Below, one piece after another: positions 14,270-30,452 of a stretch of DNA of 64,000 nucleotides. The translations under genes and the position numbers were made by a program. A model generated the notes under the pieces. It had not been told where the DNA came from. It was given only the letters and a program-made list of their open reading frames with translations, and ran no database searches. Position 1 is the stretch's first letter, and each line of letters starts with the position of its first letter. Source of the stretch: Eledone cirrhosa (taxonomy: Eukaryota); the NCBI GenBank assembly GCA_964016885.1, contig OZ024741.1:281418001-281482000 (forward strand), read 5' to 3'.

Positions 14270-14700
14270 ACATTGTTACAGCAACACCCACTGCATCAGC
14301 TACTCCACCTTAAGAGCTTTTCTTCCTTTCCTTAGACAGGATGCACTCACCCAAATTTTGTGGGAGAAATGGCAGCTGAGAGATTGAGGACACCAGAATC
14401 TTGACAGTGACTGGCAAGAAAATAGTGGTTCGTGAAGCATTGGTATTTGAATATCTTTCTCTTTGTTACATTATGGGCAACACTGTCTCATCTTGTGGTT
14501 GAAGCAACAAAATTAGAGAGGGAAAATGTGTCACAGCACATGACAACACAGATTAGTGATTTATCTCCCTCAAGCAGGAAGAGGGTTAAGCCCATCTTGC
14601 CATCACCACAACCAAGACCAGCAGGCTCCAGTTGTGATTGGAATCTGGCCATGTCAAGGCTCCTGATCACATCATTCACGGCTGAGGGAACCAGCCTGCA
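14270..14700 (-). mobile_element. Degenerate CRE-like (RLE) non-LTR retrotransposon 3' fragment
   Basis: NDVIRSL...LEPAGLGCGDGK..GLTLF...CDTF, followed by degenerate KY..F.PV...GV and LMQ..L motifs, matches the CRE-type RLE C-terminus. Confidence 0.7.
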
Positions 14701-14939
14701 CTTTTATTATTCCTGGATATTACAGTTTAATAATGCATCTGTTCTGGAATATACAGTTTTTTTTACAATGAAACTTTATGCCAGCATTTTGAATATTTAA
14801 AAAAAAAATGGAAAAATGATAATTATATGTTCTCACTAGCATCTTGATTTATATTTATTTATTTATTAACTATTTAGTAACAGAATTTAAACGTCTGTGT
14901 AGAGCTATTAAGCTTTGACAGACTAGGAAAGGTATATAA

Positions 14940-15135
14940 TGCTTTCTGATTTAGGCACAAGGCCAACAATTTTTGGGGAGGGGAAAGTCGATAAAATTGA
15001 TCCCAGTGTATCACTGGTACTTTATTTTATCGACCCTGTAAGGATGAATGGCAAAGATAACCTCAGCGGGATTGGAACTTAGAACGTAAAGGCCCATAAC
15101 TAAATGCTGCAAAGCATGTTGTTTGATGCACTCTA
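14940..15135 (-). mobile_element. SINE family 2 copy
   Basis: Reverse complement of 815-980. Confidence 0.75.
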
Positions 15136-16004
15136 GGCGAGGGAAATAATACCACTTCTAATGGAGAAACAAATTGAGTTTTACTATCTTGCCTTTCTTC
15201 CTCTTGCTCTGCTCATCTCTGACACAGTTCACAGCTGACACCCAGCTATAGAAAACACTGGTTATTATGGCATTGCTGCAGCTAGGCCATTTACACAGGT
15301 CAGTAAATCTGCCATGCACCAAAGCAACATCTTATCTCAACCAAATTTCTGCATTCAAAACACTGCCTCACAAATTCCAACATTTCACAACAAAATACTC
15401 TTATCTCTGACCACTACATCTAGCAACATGATCAAACACTCTGTTATATCAAACCTTTTACATATTTTGGTTGTGTTATATTTTGCTACATGGAGTCATT
15501 GTATAAGGGGACACAATAAAAAAAATTACAAATCAGCAGTTTTGGTTTCCTTGTAAGTCTGTTTCAATTCATTGTTGGTCCTGATCATTTTCCAACCAGA
15601 CCAATCAACTTGTATGATGTATCATACAGCACACAGGGGTCAAGATAGGAGTGCCCACGCTGCTGCTCTGGGAGTATCAATAGGATACTGCTAACCCTAT
15701 CACCACCACAAGCAACAGTTATAAGTGTGGACACGATAAGAATAAAATACAACACACAACAGCATCATCACCTCAACCACATCTCAGCTAAAATAGTAAC
15801 TACCAACATACCAAAATTTCTAAATTGGTAATCTGATGTAATTTGAACAGAATCACTACAACACCCCAACTCCAAGAGCAACAAAAATATCTGCTAAATA
15901 TCTATATGTATATATGTATATATATATATATGTATATATGTATATATATATATATACATATATATATACATATATATATATATATACATATAGATATTTA
16001 GCAG

Positions 16005-16136
16005 ATATTTAGCATATGTTGATGCCCTAAGGACAGACACTGGTCTGTTGGAGATGCAGGATATGGCAGCGATAATGAGGGACAGAGACCGCTGGAGAGA
16101 ACTCGTCCATGGATCTCGGGAATTTTACCCGCCTTA

Positions 16137-16137
<1 letters not shown>
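16005..16137 (+). mobile_element. Short RTE-type 3' end
   Basis: [11 protein letters not shown]...[11 protein letters not shown]-like C-terminus abutting a (TA)n array. Confidence 0.6.
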
Positions 16138-17143
<1,006 letters not shown>

Positions 17144-17352
17144 TATAAAACGAAAAATCAGTGATGCATCTGAACTCAATTTATTGTATATTACAATTGT
17201 TTCACCGGCGGACAGCTCGAGACGCGATCATTGTGTGGATCTGTCTGATTCTGGACCCGTAGATTCGAAGGACACGTCTAATGATTTATATATATATATA
17301 CATATATATGCACATGTTCTAACGGTTTTAAACTCCTTGAATTCATTTCTTC

Positions 17353-19018
<1,666 letters not shown>

Positions 19019-19044
19019 ATATATACATATATATATATACATAC

Positions 19045-19106
<62 letters not shown>

Positions 19107-19111
<5 letters not shown>

Positions 19112-22100
19112 GTCGCTTTCACCCTCCCTCTCTCTCTATCATATACGTTGCTCTCTCACTCCCTATGCACCAAATATAAATAAGCCTGTTACGGGGGATA
19201 AAACTCAGAATTTGTCAACTTTTATTGATGGTCAGTCTGCTTCTAAGAAATGTAACGTACAAATATCATTTTCTTCTTAACTCCCCACCCTTCGGTTCAT
19301 TCATCCATATATCTATAATCGCCCAGAATCAAAATATTATTCATAATTGTCTTTCTATAATTCTGTCTCACTGTTCTAAATACCATTTTTGCCGAAAAAT
19401 ATTTTCCAGGATTCATAGAAATGGCCTCTCTCGGCCCTCTAAAGTCGCTTTCACCCTCACTCTATCATATACGTTGCTCTCTCACTCCCTCTCACTCTCT
19501 ACGCACCAAATATAAATAAGCCTGCTCCTCGCAAACTACCCCATACACCTCACTCCCGTCCCCACTCTCCACCTTATTATTTGGACCAATCACAAGTCAA
19601 CGGCCTATGCTATCACTTCTGGTTGCTTTTCGATATGATGGATGGACTAAGGAATTTCTGGAGAGTCTGAAGAATCTGGACACCCGAAGACAATGCCAAA
19701 GATAACGACAAATTCACCTCACGCTTCCGGACGAAAGGGCAAGGCCCCCTCCTCTTTGTTGCGGCTGCGGATGGCCAACATAACCCCAACCCCATCCACC
19801 TCACCCCTCCCTGCGCCCCACCCACCAAACGCAATCCAAAACTTCAGAGTTGGTACCATGAATGTAGGCACCTTAAAAGGTCGCTCTAACAAGGTTGTAG
19901 AAATGCTTGAACGTAAGGAGGTTGATGTTTGCTGTATCCAAGAGACCAGGTGGAGGGGCGGGTCTGCTAGATTCATTGTGGGTAAAAAACAATGCTATAA
20001 GCTTTTCTGGGTGGGAAATGACAATGGGCTGGGTGGATAGAAATCATGTTAGCAGAAAAATGGGTGGATAAGATAATAGACGTAAATAGAGTGAATGACA
20101 GAATAATTAAAATAAGACTTGTGCTAAATAGAACTACTGTGACGGTAATATCTGCGTACGCGCCCCAATCCGGACTGCCTGGCGCTATAAAAGACAGATT
20201 CTATGAGACACTGATGCTCACTACCTCCCAAATAACCGACAGTGACTATATAATTATTGCTGGCGACCTAAATGGTCACGTTGGACAACATTGTGATGGC
20301 TATGATGGAATCCACGGAGGCTATGGGTTTGGTACTAGAAATGAGGAAGGCTCCAGAATCCTGGAATTCTGTGACGCAAATAACTTAACTATCTCTAACA
20401 CTAACTTCAAAAAACGAGACAATCACTTGATCACCTACAGATCAGGGGAACATACCAGCCAGGTAGATTATATCCTTACCAGAAGATGTGACAGAGTGTC
20501 TGTTGTAAACACTAAATCCCTCTCCCCTGAAGAATGCACCTCCCAACATAGACTCATAATTAGCGACCTCATAGTCAGGACGAGACGTACTTGACAGCAG
20601 AAGAGGACTATCCTCAGGAGAAAAATATGGAAGCTAAAGGACCCCACAGCCAGAAATAAATTTCAAAGCATATTACTTGATGCTTTCGACAGTAAGGAAG
20701 AGCATTTAGAGTCGTACAATATAGAGGAACAGTGGGAATTCCTGAAAGCAAACCTCCTGATGGCGGCAGACGAAGTCTGTGGCTGGAGCAGGCCTATAGG
20801 CAGGAGGAGAGTAACATGGTGGTAGAACAGTAAGGTGGAGGAGTCAATTAAGGCCAAAAAGCAGGCTTGGAAAGTATGGCGGGATGGGGGAAGTAGAGAA
20901 GACTATCAAGGAGGGAAGCTAGGAGACAAGTGTACTTCGCAAGAAGAGAAGCAGAGGAACGCGAGGACCAAAAACGTGAAGTGTTCAGGATTGCTAGGCA
21001 ATGTGTCAAGGAAAACCATGATATTGTCGGGGAGAAGTGTGTACTTAATGATGATGGTGTACTTGCCATCACTGACGCTGATAAGAAGGTAGCTTGGAAG
21101 TGTCACTACGAAAAGCTACTAAATGAGGAGAATAAATGGGAGAAAGACAGTCTCCCCCACATCGACCCAATAGAGGGACCAGCAGTGTTAGTCGAAGGTA
21201 GTATAATAAGTAAGGCAATCAAAGATATGAAGACGGCTGGGCCTTCGGAAATAGTTGCTGAGATGCTGAAAGCCTCTGGAACGGTGGGACACACCATGGT
21301 CACTCGGATAGTAAACCAAGTCATACAGAATGGGGTTGTTCCGAAGGACTGGCGTAGCAGCATCATCATTAACCGTTACAAGGGTAAAGGAGATGCCCTA
21401 GATAGGAGTAACTATAGTGTCATTAAATTAATCGACCAGGTCATGAAGGTCACAGAAAAAGTAATAGCGCAACTAATCAGAGAGAGAATTGATCTAGATG
21501 AAATGCAGTTCGGGTTTGTGTCAGGCAAAAGTACCACAGACGCTCTTTTCATTGTACGACAACTACAGGAGAAGTACCTAGCTAAAAGTAAACCCCTATA
21601 CTTAGCTTTTGTCGACTTGGAGAAAGCCTTCGACAGAGTCCCCATTCCATTATCTGGTGGGCTCTTAGAAAACTAGGTGTTGATGAATGGCTTATGAGAG
21701 CTATACAAGCCATGTATAAAGAAACAGTTAGCAAGGTTAGAATTAACAACGAATATAGTGAAGAGTTTAGCGTAAAAGTTGGTGTTCATCAGGGCTCCAT
21801 TCTTAGCCCCCTACTATTTATTATTGCCCTTCAGGCTATAACAGTGGAGTTCAAGACCGGCTGCCCATGGAAACTCCTATACGCAGATGATCTAACGCTC
21901 ATAGCTGAATCAATGGCCGAACTAGAGAAAAAATTCCAAACATGGAAGCACGGCCTAGAATCAAAAGGCCTTAAAATTAACCTAGCTAAGACTAAAGTTC
22001 TAGTTTGTAGGAAGGAAAATAGGGCGCTGGTCCCATCCGGGAAATGGCCATGCTCAGTGTGTAGGAAAGGCGTAGGTAGAAACTCCATTTTATGTCCCAA

Positions 22101-23218
22101 ATGCAAAGTATCGGTGCATAAAAGATGTAGTGGGATCACAGGTAAGCTAACTAAGAACATAGATTTTACATGTGGCCGGTGCTCTGGTGCAATAAGTAGC
22201 AGCAAGTGCCCACAAAATACTAGCTCTTTCAATTGCACAGAGGGTTCTATAGAAATAATGGACAGCTTCCGTTACCTGGGTGACAAAATCAGCAGTGGGG
22301 GAGGGTGCTCTGAAAGTACAGTAGCTAGAGTCAGAACTGGATGGAAAAAGTTCAGAGAGCTTATACCACTATTAGCCGCTAAAGGGTTCTCCCTAAAAAT
22401 GAAAGGCAGGCTGTATGATGCCTGCATACGAACAGCAATGTTGCATGGCAGTGAGACCTGGGCATTGTGTGCAGAGGATATACACAGACTAGAGAGGAAC
22501 GAAGCTTGCATGCTCCGCTGGATGTGTAATAGTAATATACATGAACGGCAAAGCATTAACGAACTAAGGGAAAAATTAGAAATAAGAGGGATCAGATGTT
22601 GTTTACTCGAGAGAAGGCTACGTTGGTATGGTCACGTGATGCGCATGAAAGACGACAGCTGTATAAAAAAGTGCAGGGCAATAAAAATAGACAGTAGCCA
22701 CGGAGTAGGCAGACCCAGAAAAACCTGGGATGACTTGATAAATTCCGACCTCACACACTTACACCTCTCCAAGACAATGTCACTGGACCGAGATCTTTGG
22801 CGGTACTCAGTAACAGAGAAGACCCGCCTTACCTAAATACAAAGTAAAACCTACTACAGTCAGTAGGCACCTCTAACAAAATACACCCCCGTCCCACTAC
22901 CCCCACCCCATCCACACCGCCCCTTCAATGTAAGGTTATGTTTGGTACCACAACATCCAGGCCGAAACAAATGAGGTCGTGTAGGGGTCACGATAAAAAA
23001 ACACACAGTCCACACTGTAATGTGGCCGTGTAGGTAACACGGTAAAAACCTCCCAGTTCCACACTGTAAATGTGGTTGGTGTTAAGAAGGGCATCCAGCC
23101 GTAGAAAACCCGCCAGACAGTCCTATGCGAGCAAGACAACCACTCTTGCTTCAAGTGGGAAAACTCCCGTCCAAACCCATGCAAGCGTGGAATATGGACG
23201 TTAAACGATGATGATGAT
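19107..23218 (+). mobile_element. Near full-length RTE-clade LINE (family A): APE endonuclease, RT, PHD finger; disabled
   Basis: GTMNVGTL, CIQETRW, SAYAPQ, AGDLNGH, VDYIL (APE); QFGF, FVDLEKAFDRVP, GVHQGS, LLYADD, FRYLG, RLRWYGHV, GRPRKTW (RT and C-terminus). In-frame stops near 20038, 20592 and 20823 plus frameshifts; about 380-nt 3' UTR ending in (GAT)n. Confidence 0.95.
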
Positions 23219-23262
23219 ATACATATACATATATATATATATACATATATATACATATATAC

Positions 23263-23293
<31 letters not shown>

Positions 23294-23396
23294 AACATAT
23301 ACATATATATATAAACATACATTTACATATATATATATACATATACATATATACATACATATACATATATATACATATACATATATATACATATAC

Positions 23397-23430
<34 letters not shown>

Positions 23431-23537
23431 ATATATACATATACATATATATATACATATATATATACATATACATATATATATATACATATACATATAT
23501 ACATACATATACATATACATATATATACATATACATA

Positions 23538-23571
<34 letters not shown>

Positions 23572-23839
23572 CATATACATATATATATACATATATATAT
23601 ACATATACATATATATATACATATACATATATATATATATACACATATATATATATATACATATATATACATATACATATATATATACATATACATATAT
23701 ATATATACACATATATATATATATATATACACATATATATATATATACATATACATATATATATAAACATATACATATAAACATATACATATATATATAC
23801 ATATACATATTATATATACATATACATATATATATATAT
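23218..23839. repeat. (TA)n/(TATACA)n microsatellite array
   Basis: Direct reading. Confidence 0.98.
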
Positions 23840-24180
23840 GGAGGCACATGGCTTAGTTGTTAGAGCATTGGCCTTGCAATCAAAAGGTTGTGAGTTCAAT
23901 TCTCAGACCGGGTGATGTGTTGTTTCCTTGAGCAAGACACTTTATTTCACATTACTCCAGTTTACTCAGCTGTAGAAATGAGATGATAGGGACTGCGGTC
24001 CCTATCCTTCCACTGCAAAGTGACCGTGGAGGTGCCACGGCAAAAAAGCACCCAGCACTCACTGTGAATGAGGTTGGTGTTAGGAAGGGCATCCCGCTGT
24101 AGAAACCAAGCCAGAATCAGTTCCCGTCCCACCCTTGCAAGCAGGGAAAAGCGGACGTAAAATGAAATGATGATGATGAT
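23840..24180 (+). mobile_element. SINE family 1 copy
   Basis: Near-identical to 18674-19018. Confidence 0.9.
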
Positions 24181-24649
24181 CATATGCATATATATATACA
24201 TGATGGCTGCCCCCTCGTTATTGAGTATGGCCATTGCACAACATACCATTAATTATAATTATTTATTCTATCGTGCAATGCCTGTACGTGAAGATATTTT
24301 TTAAAGTGAGCGACAGTAGCTATAACCCGAAAGGAAGAAAAGATCAACATCATCAGTAACTAATGAGCCACATGTTTTATATCGGAGTTGTCCAGTTTCC
24401 TGACTTGCCTTCTCCTAGAAGAATGCCCTGACTAAGGCTAGGGGTCCTTCACTCCGAGTGGTTTAACCACGTGATCGAGTGTCCAGCCCGACCATTTCTA
24501 TGTCCCCGTGCATATATATACACATGCTCCCGTGTATATACACATATAAATATACATATATATATGTACATGTGTATATACATATTTGCACACTTTTGGA
24601 TGGCCGTTGACTCTTATGAGTTCTTCCGCCCTTTGTACATAATACACTA

Positions 24650-24870
24650 GGGAGTACAGAGAAGATGCACTAGAGAGAGGTAACCTCAGAGGCATCAACT
24701 TGATGAACCAGGTCATGAAAGTTACTGAATGAATTATACCACAAATAATTAGAGATAGAATCCAGCTAGATGAGGTGTAGTCCATCTTTATGTCAAGTCC
24801 TTGAAATACTGATGTCCCTTTCCTGTAGAAGTACTTAGCTAAGAGTAGGCCTTTGTATCTAGCATTCAAT
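24650..24870 (+). mobile_element. Degenerate RTE RT fragment
   Basis: DALERGNLRGINLMNQVMKVTE...KYLAKSRPLYLAF, homologous to 21390-21610. Confidence 0.8.
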
Positions 24871-27399
24871 GAACAAGAGAAGTTGGCTTTAAATCTTTCA
24901 AAATTCTTCATTAATTCATTGAAATACCGCCACAAAATGGTTAATTAATTCAAATACAGTGTATTACATTGGAAATATGGTAACAAAAGTGTTAAATTTC
25001 ATTTAAAATCTATTTTATAAGTCTAACATTGGTTTCTGTTGACTTTTCACAAGTTTTAGAAGAAAGGATTACGTGATGATCTCATGTTACCTCTTGCTTT
25101 AACTAACAAGATATTGAGAGATTGAATTTTATATTTATTCAAGAACTGAAATTAGGGTGCAGTCTCATATTACTAAGAGTTGCCTGCTAGCTCTATGGCA
25201 CTCACCATTCCAAGTCTAATATTAAATATGATATTAGATATTAAGTACAACACTTACTTTATGCTACAGCTTGATTCCAACCCAAACAAACTAACCAGGC
25301 AATAGTCTCAAGAAAACTTTATCTCAAAGAGGAACAGTAATGAAATAGCATTTTTGATTTAAGTCAAATATTTATAATAATAATTTAAAGTATCCTCTTC
25401 CTACACATAAAAATGTAGGGATTGCCTGTACATGTTTCACAGCTTGTTGGCAATTTATCAGAAAACAAGAACTCTTACCCTTCCACACATGAAGAGAACT
25501 AAATTGTTATTTATATCAAACACAATTCAGAACTTAAATTAAATAGTCCGTGTAATTTGCATAATGTACATGTATAATTATATAAGTCCATGTTTTCTAA
25601 TCACTTTCATGTCTTCCTGTATCATTTTCCTTATTTCCCTGCCTGTGTCTAATTTTCAATCCCTTCCTATTTGTTTACTGTATGTCCCCTTGCACATAAT
25701 ATAAGCTGATTATATCAAACAAATCTTTGAGGAAAACATCAGAAAACTTTTGATACATTGGAAAACTTCAAAGCAGTACTGAATAAATGCAGCTTTGAAA
25801 ATAATTCCATCATTTTCTGTAATACTTTCACCATTCTCTCTCTCTCTCTATCTCTGTCTCTCATCATCATGATTTATCATCCATTTCCCCAGCTAGTAAA
25901 GGTATATATCAGTGGGTACACATGGTAGAGGGAAGAATGGAGATAGATTTATAAACAATATAAAACTTCTTGTATATAAATATTAGTTTCAGATTTCAAA
26001 TAAGAATAAATAAGTAAAACCAAAATATAAAACAAGACATATAGAAACCAGAAGTAAAAAAACCAGAAAAAAAAACAAACTACTTTCACCTTACTTTTCC
26101 AACTGACTCCTTTTACAGCAGCAACAACTGCAGAATCTTGTAAGACAAGGAAAACAAGCAACCTTAATAGGTGCTGCAACAACTATACAGCTATATAGAC
26201 CATACAGCTATACAGCTATGTTGAATACAGTTAGTTTATTGACAAACTATTTCGTTCATAGACGTTTACACCGGAATATGTTAACACACACACACACGTC
26301 ACCCATTTGTGTGTGTATATCTTTTAACACCTATTATCCATGCTTGCATATACATATATATATATTTTTTCAAATATGTTAAGTTCAGCTCAAATCTTGA
26401 AAAGTAGCGATTTCATGAATGCATGCACATACACAGACAGACACACACATAAACACACACAGACACAAAGATAACGGTGCCACTGCAGGCAACTGGGGCA
26501 AGTTGGTACTTGTTTGCAGCTGTTACAGTAAATATTGTTAGGCAAGCCAATGGAGAAGCAAATTTTCTTCCTGTGCAGAATGTCATTCTATCACAGTAAA
26601 CATTTTCCCAGCATATTCAAGTAAGCATTCTTACCATATTCAACAGGCATTCCTCATATTTCCTACAGCCAAGTGAAGTGAATCATGTGGAATTAAATAC
26701 TGTGGTTAGATTTTAACAACATATTTTCAGATGTCACAGAATCTGGGAGCAGTCAACCACCATATTTAACCCTTTTGACACCTACTTGCCCCAAACCAGC
26801 TCTGGTTCTGTGAAACAACGACATACATTAAAGAGTCCTATTTAACCTTTTAACATCAACCTGCCCCAAACCATCTCTGGTTTTGTGAAACAAGGGCAGC
26901 CATTTTAAAGGGTTCCTATTTAACCTTTTGATATCAACCCACACAAAATCTGCTTTGGTTTTATGAAGGATTTTTTAGATAAATATAAACACTTTAAAAT
27001 AAACAGCTTTGTAAAATAGAACCAGGATAGAACCAGGGGTAGTTTTAGACAGTTTGGTGCCAAAAGTGTTAAAAAGCACTGATTATATGAGCATCAGATG
27101 GAGTCACCTGATATAGTGAGCATGCAATGCTACCATGTGAATGCTATATCTTTCTCTTTGTTTTTTTTTTAAATGTATTCCAATTAACGACTGTATTTGA
27201 TTGCCCGAGTCGCCTTGTTTGAAAAGGAGCTGTCAATCAATGAAAATGTGGGTGTTATTTTGCATGATGATTTCCAGGATAATGTTGAAAATAATAGACA
27301 GAGAGAACAGCAAAAGAAGCTCATGCTTAGAGCATTGAGGGAAGATGGCCACCATTTTATTCAAATTAAATGTATTAAGCATGGAAAAATTTTTTTTTC

Positions 27400-27743
27400 T
27401 GATATTTAAAATATCTTGGATGGAAAAGAAAACCAATGATAAAGTCCTACGACTGGCAGGCATGGAAAGATCTCTTGTCTGTACTATTAGAAAGAGGAAA
27501 TTGGAATTCTTTGGTCACATAAACAGAAGAGACGGTTTAGAGAAGTTGATTCTTTGTGGCAAGATCACTGGAAAGAGGAGACAAGGAAGATAAAGAACAG
27601 CATATACAGACAGCCTGAACAAATACATCAATGAAAATAAGACAAGAAAGAGCAACCTCATTCGGAACACTGACAACAGAAAGAAGTAGAGAGACACGAT
27701 GACTGATGTTTGGAACAGACCTGGCACCTGATGATGATGATGA
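27400..27743 (+). mobile_element. RTE/BovB-like LINE 3' end
   Basis: KISWMEKKTNDKVLRLAG...IRKRKLEFFGHINRRDGLEKLILCGKITGKRRQGR followed by a (GAT)n tail. Confidence 0.8.
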
Positions 27744-29446
27744 TATATAGGGGCATTGTAATCTTTTAAGGACTTAATAAAAAAGACTTAATTAGTTCTG
27801 CTAGAGAATGGGTCGCAGGTGGTGGATAGCGATACGGCCACCAGATATGATGGTTAGTTGATATATAAGTGGGCAGCTGTTGAACAAATAAGCAACCCTG
27901 GACAAACAGTAGTAAACTACTAAAGGAGATGGAGTAATGGGTGACACCTGTAGCTCCCAAGAAAACTCTTACAACCCAGTGATATGGCAATGATGAGGCA
28001 AGTAAAGGCCGCTTTTAAAAAAGCCTAGTCTTCGTGGTTTTGAGGAAGTACCAATTGGTGACTGGCATGAATAACACCACCAAAACTACAATATGGTGAG
28101 AGAACCATACTGCATCGTCCTTCACATGGGTTAGCAGAGGCTGTATTCAAGCTTCAGGTAGAGGGACCTGTTCGAAAAATATCTCACAAATGTTATCAAT
28201 TTTACATCGACTTTTCCATGCTTTAAAACTATTTTTTTGAGGTAATGTTTTAAAGCTGGATGGCCTGCCTGACACCAACCCATTTAGTAATTTTTTACGA
28301 CATGCAGGGGATGATGTACCTGTTTGAAATTAGATACACAGCTATAATAAATGAATATCACAAGTTTCTGGCAATTTATTGAAATATATCTTCATTAAAT
28401 TTTTTTGTTTTACCAATTCCTTGGTTTTTAGCAGCAATATTTATATATTTTACATCATGTTTAAACATATGCTGGCTTACTTTGAATAAACAGAATAGTA
28501 ATTTCTCTACATATTTATCTAGTGTTGATCAGAAAGGTGTCAGAAGTGATACTTGAAAAACCATAACATCCATGAAAAGGTTGGTGCTTCAGAAAAAAGC
28601 AGATTGCAGCTTGAAATGAGTTGAAATTAAATTTACAGCTCACACTTATGTAGGTTTAGCTGACCTTCCACCAAGTTGCATCTCAGCAGTGTGTGTTGGA
28701 CCTCTGTTGGTTCTGATGATGAGTATTCCAGTTAATTTGATAATGCAACAGCCTGCTTGTGAAATTAATGTGCAACGGACTGAGTATTGCACAGAAACCT
28801 GTACACTTAATGCAGTTCTCAGTGTGATAGAGGATGTACAGTAGCTGGCTCTTTGAATTACAGGTACAACTCATTGTTTCCAGCTGAGTGGAATGGAACA
28901 ATGTGAAATGAAATGTCTTGCTTTAGGCTATAATGTGCTACTGGGAATTAAACTCACAATCAGACAACTGTGAAGTGAAGACCTTAACCATTAAGACATG
29001 CACCTTTACATAAATGATGATGATAATAATGGTAATGAGGATGATGATAATGATAGTGATGATGATGAAAATGATGGTGATGATGATGATGAGTACAGTG
29101 ATGGTTATGAAGATGATGATGAGTACAGTTATGGTGATGAAGACTATGATGATATTGTTACTAGTACTTATAAAGCTTAAAGTTGCAGGTGCAAAAGTAA
29201 CTAATATGTTAGAAACTGATAGAAATTTGATAAATGTATTTTATCAAATACCAAATATATATATATATTATAAAAAAGTTTTTCACTTTTATTTTTGCTG
29301 ACACATTAAAGAAAATAATTTATAAAGAAAAATAACTGTGTTGGGATGGTCTATAATGTAGTTTGTTCTGTAGCTCCCAAAGTGGTTGATTGAAATTTTG
29401 GACACCCACTGAACTTGACATGTGTATATGAAATGAAAATACTTAA

Positions 29447-29530
29447 TAATAATAATGAAAATTATTGTGTACAATGCTCAGGTGCACTACAACTCATCAA
29501 AGTGTACATAGAATAATGTAGAATAATACA
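29447..29530 (-). mobile_element. 3' tip of the same CR1 family
   Basis: Reverse complement TTTGATGAGTTGTAGTGCACCTGAGCATTGTACACAATAATTTTCATTATTATT matches 55196-55240. Confidence 0.8.
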
Positions 29531-30303
29531 TTATAAACCCTTTCAATACTAACCCAGCCACAACTGTTATATGAAACAAAACCATCCATATTAAAAAGGT
29601 TCCTATTTACACTATAATCTTCAAAAATAATTTTATATAAGAACCATATGTTTAGTTACTAACTACCTTAGTAATGAAATAATTAATAATTTTGGTAAAT
29701 CACTCAAAATGATTAATTAATTAATTAAAATAAAGAGTATTTCATTAGAAATATAGTTATGAAATATAGTTATGAAAGTTATTTATATGGGTTTCGGATT
29801 TATATACAATTAGTTCTTTTTTTTAAAAAGAAATATTTTATTTCAAAATACTCAAATAAATTCCTAGGACTTTTATTATATGGAAATAAAGAATTTAATA
29901 TTTAGTCAAACGTACAGAAAAAGAAAGCACCATTGGAAAGGACTATAAATGTTATAAATGAAAGGAAAAAGAGGGAAAGAGCAAGGATTATTAGGCAATG
30001 GAAGAAAAAGGGGGAAGGGGAGGGAGCGACAGTCACAACACCTAGGTCAGAGCAGTGTTTCGGCTGCACCCCACAGACAAAATGGCACTGTCTATTGGTT
30101 TATTTACTTATTTACTTTTGTACATGCCTGGGGTTGATGAAGGGTCAAGGGTTCTGTGAAGTGATCAATAGTCAAAAAAGGTTTGGGAGTTCCCTGGATA
30201 AGATGTTAGAAATGGTTAACTAACCCTTTCATTATTATATTTAACAATGAAAGACACTACCTTTGTGTTTCAATTGATTTCGAAAATAACCAAACATTTA
30301 GAG

Positions 30304-30452
30304 CAGTTATGGGCAAACTGCAACTTGTTTAGCTTAATGGCTCAATGTCACACCTAATTTTGTCTTGAATTTTTTAGTAGTGCAGCCTAACCTTATGATG
30401 AGCCTCATCCTGTGCAGCCCACTACTAAAAAAAAAAAGGATGCCCATGCCTG
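30304..30452. mobile_element. hAT-like MITE nested in a piggyBac-like MITE
   Basis: Termini CAGTTATGGGCA / TGCCCATGCCTG; 8-bp TSD ATTTAGAG/ATTTAGAA. Confidence 0.7.

Noticed and set aside
19693-22836. Active LINE or domesticated RT gene
   Set aside because: Multiple stops and frameshifts break the single ORF.
26090-26190. Possible minus-strand exon (Cys-rich reading)
   Set aside because: Weak acceptor, donor phase incompatible with the phase-1 exons, no homology.
28998-29301. Asp-rich and Met-rich ORFs (also His/Met-rich at 46310-46708)
   Set aside because: Products of (GAT)n repeats.
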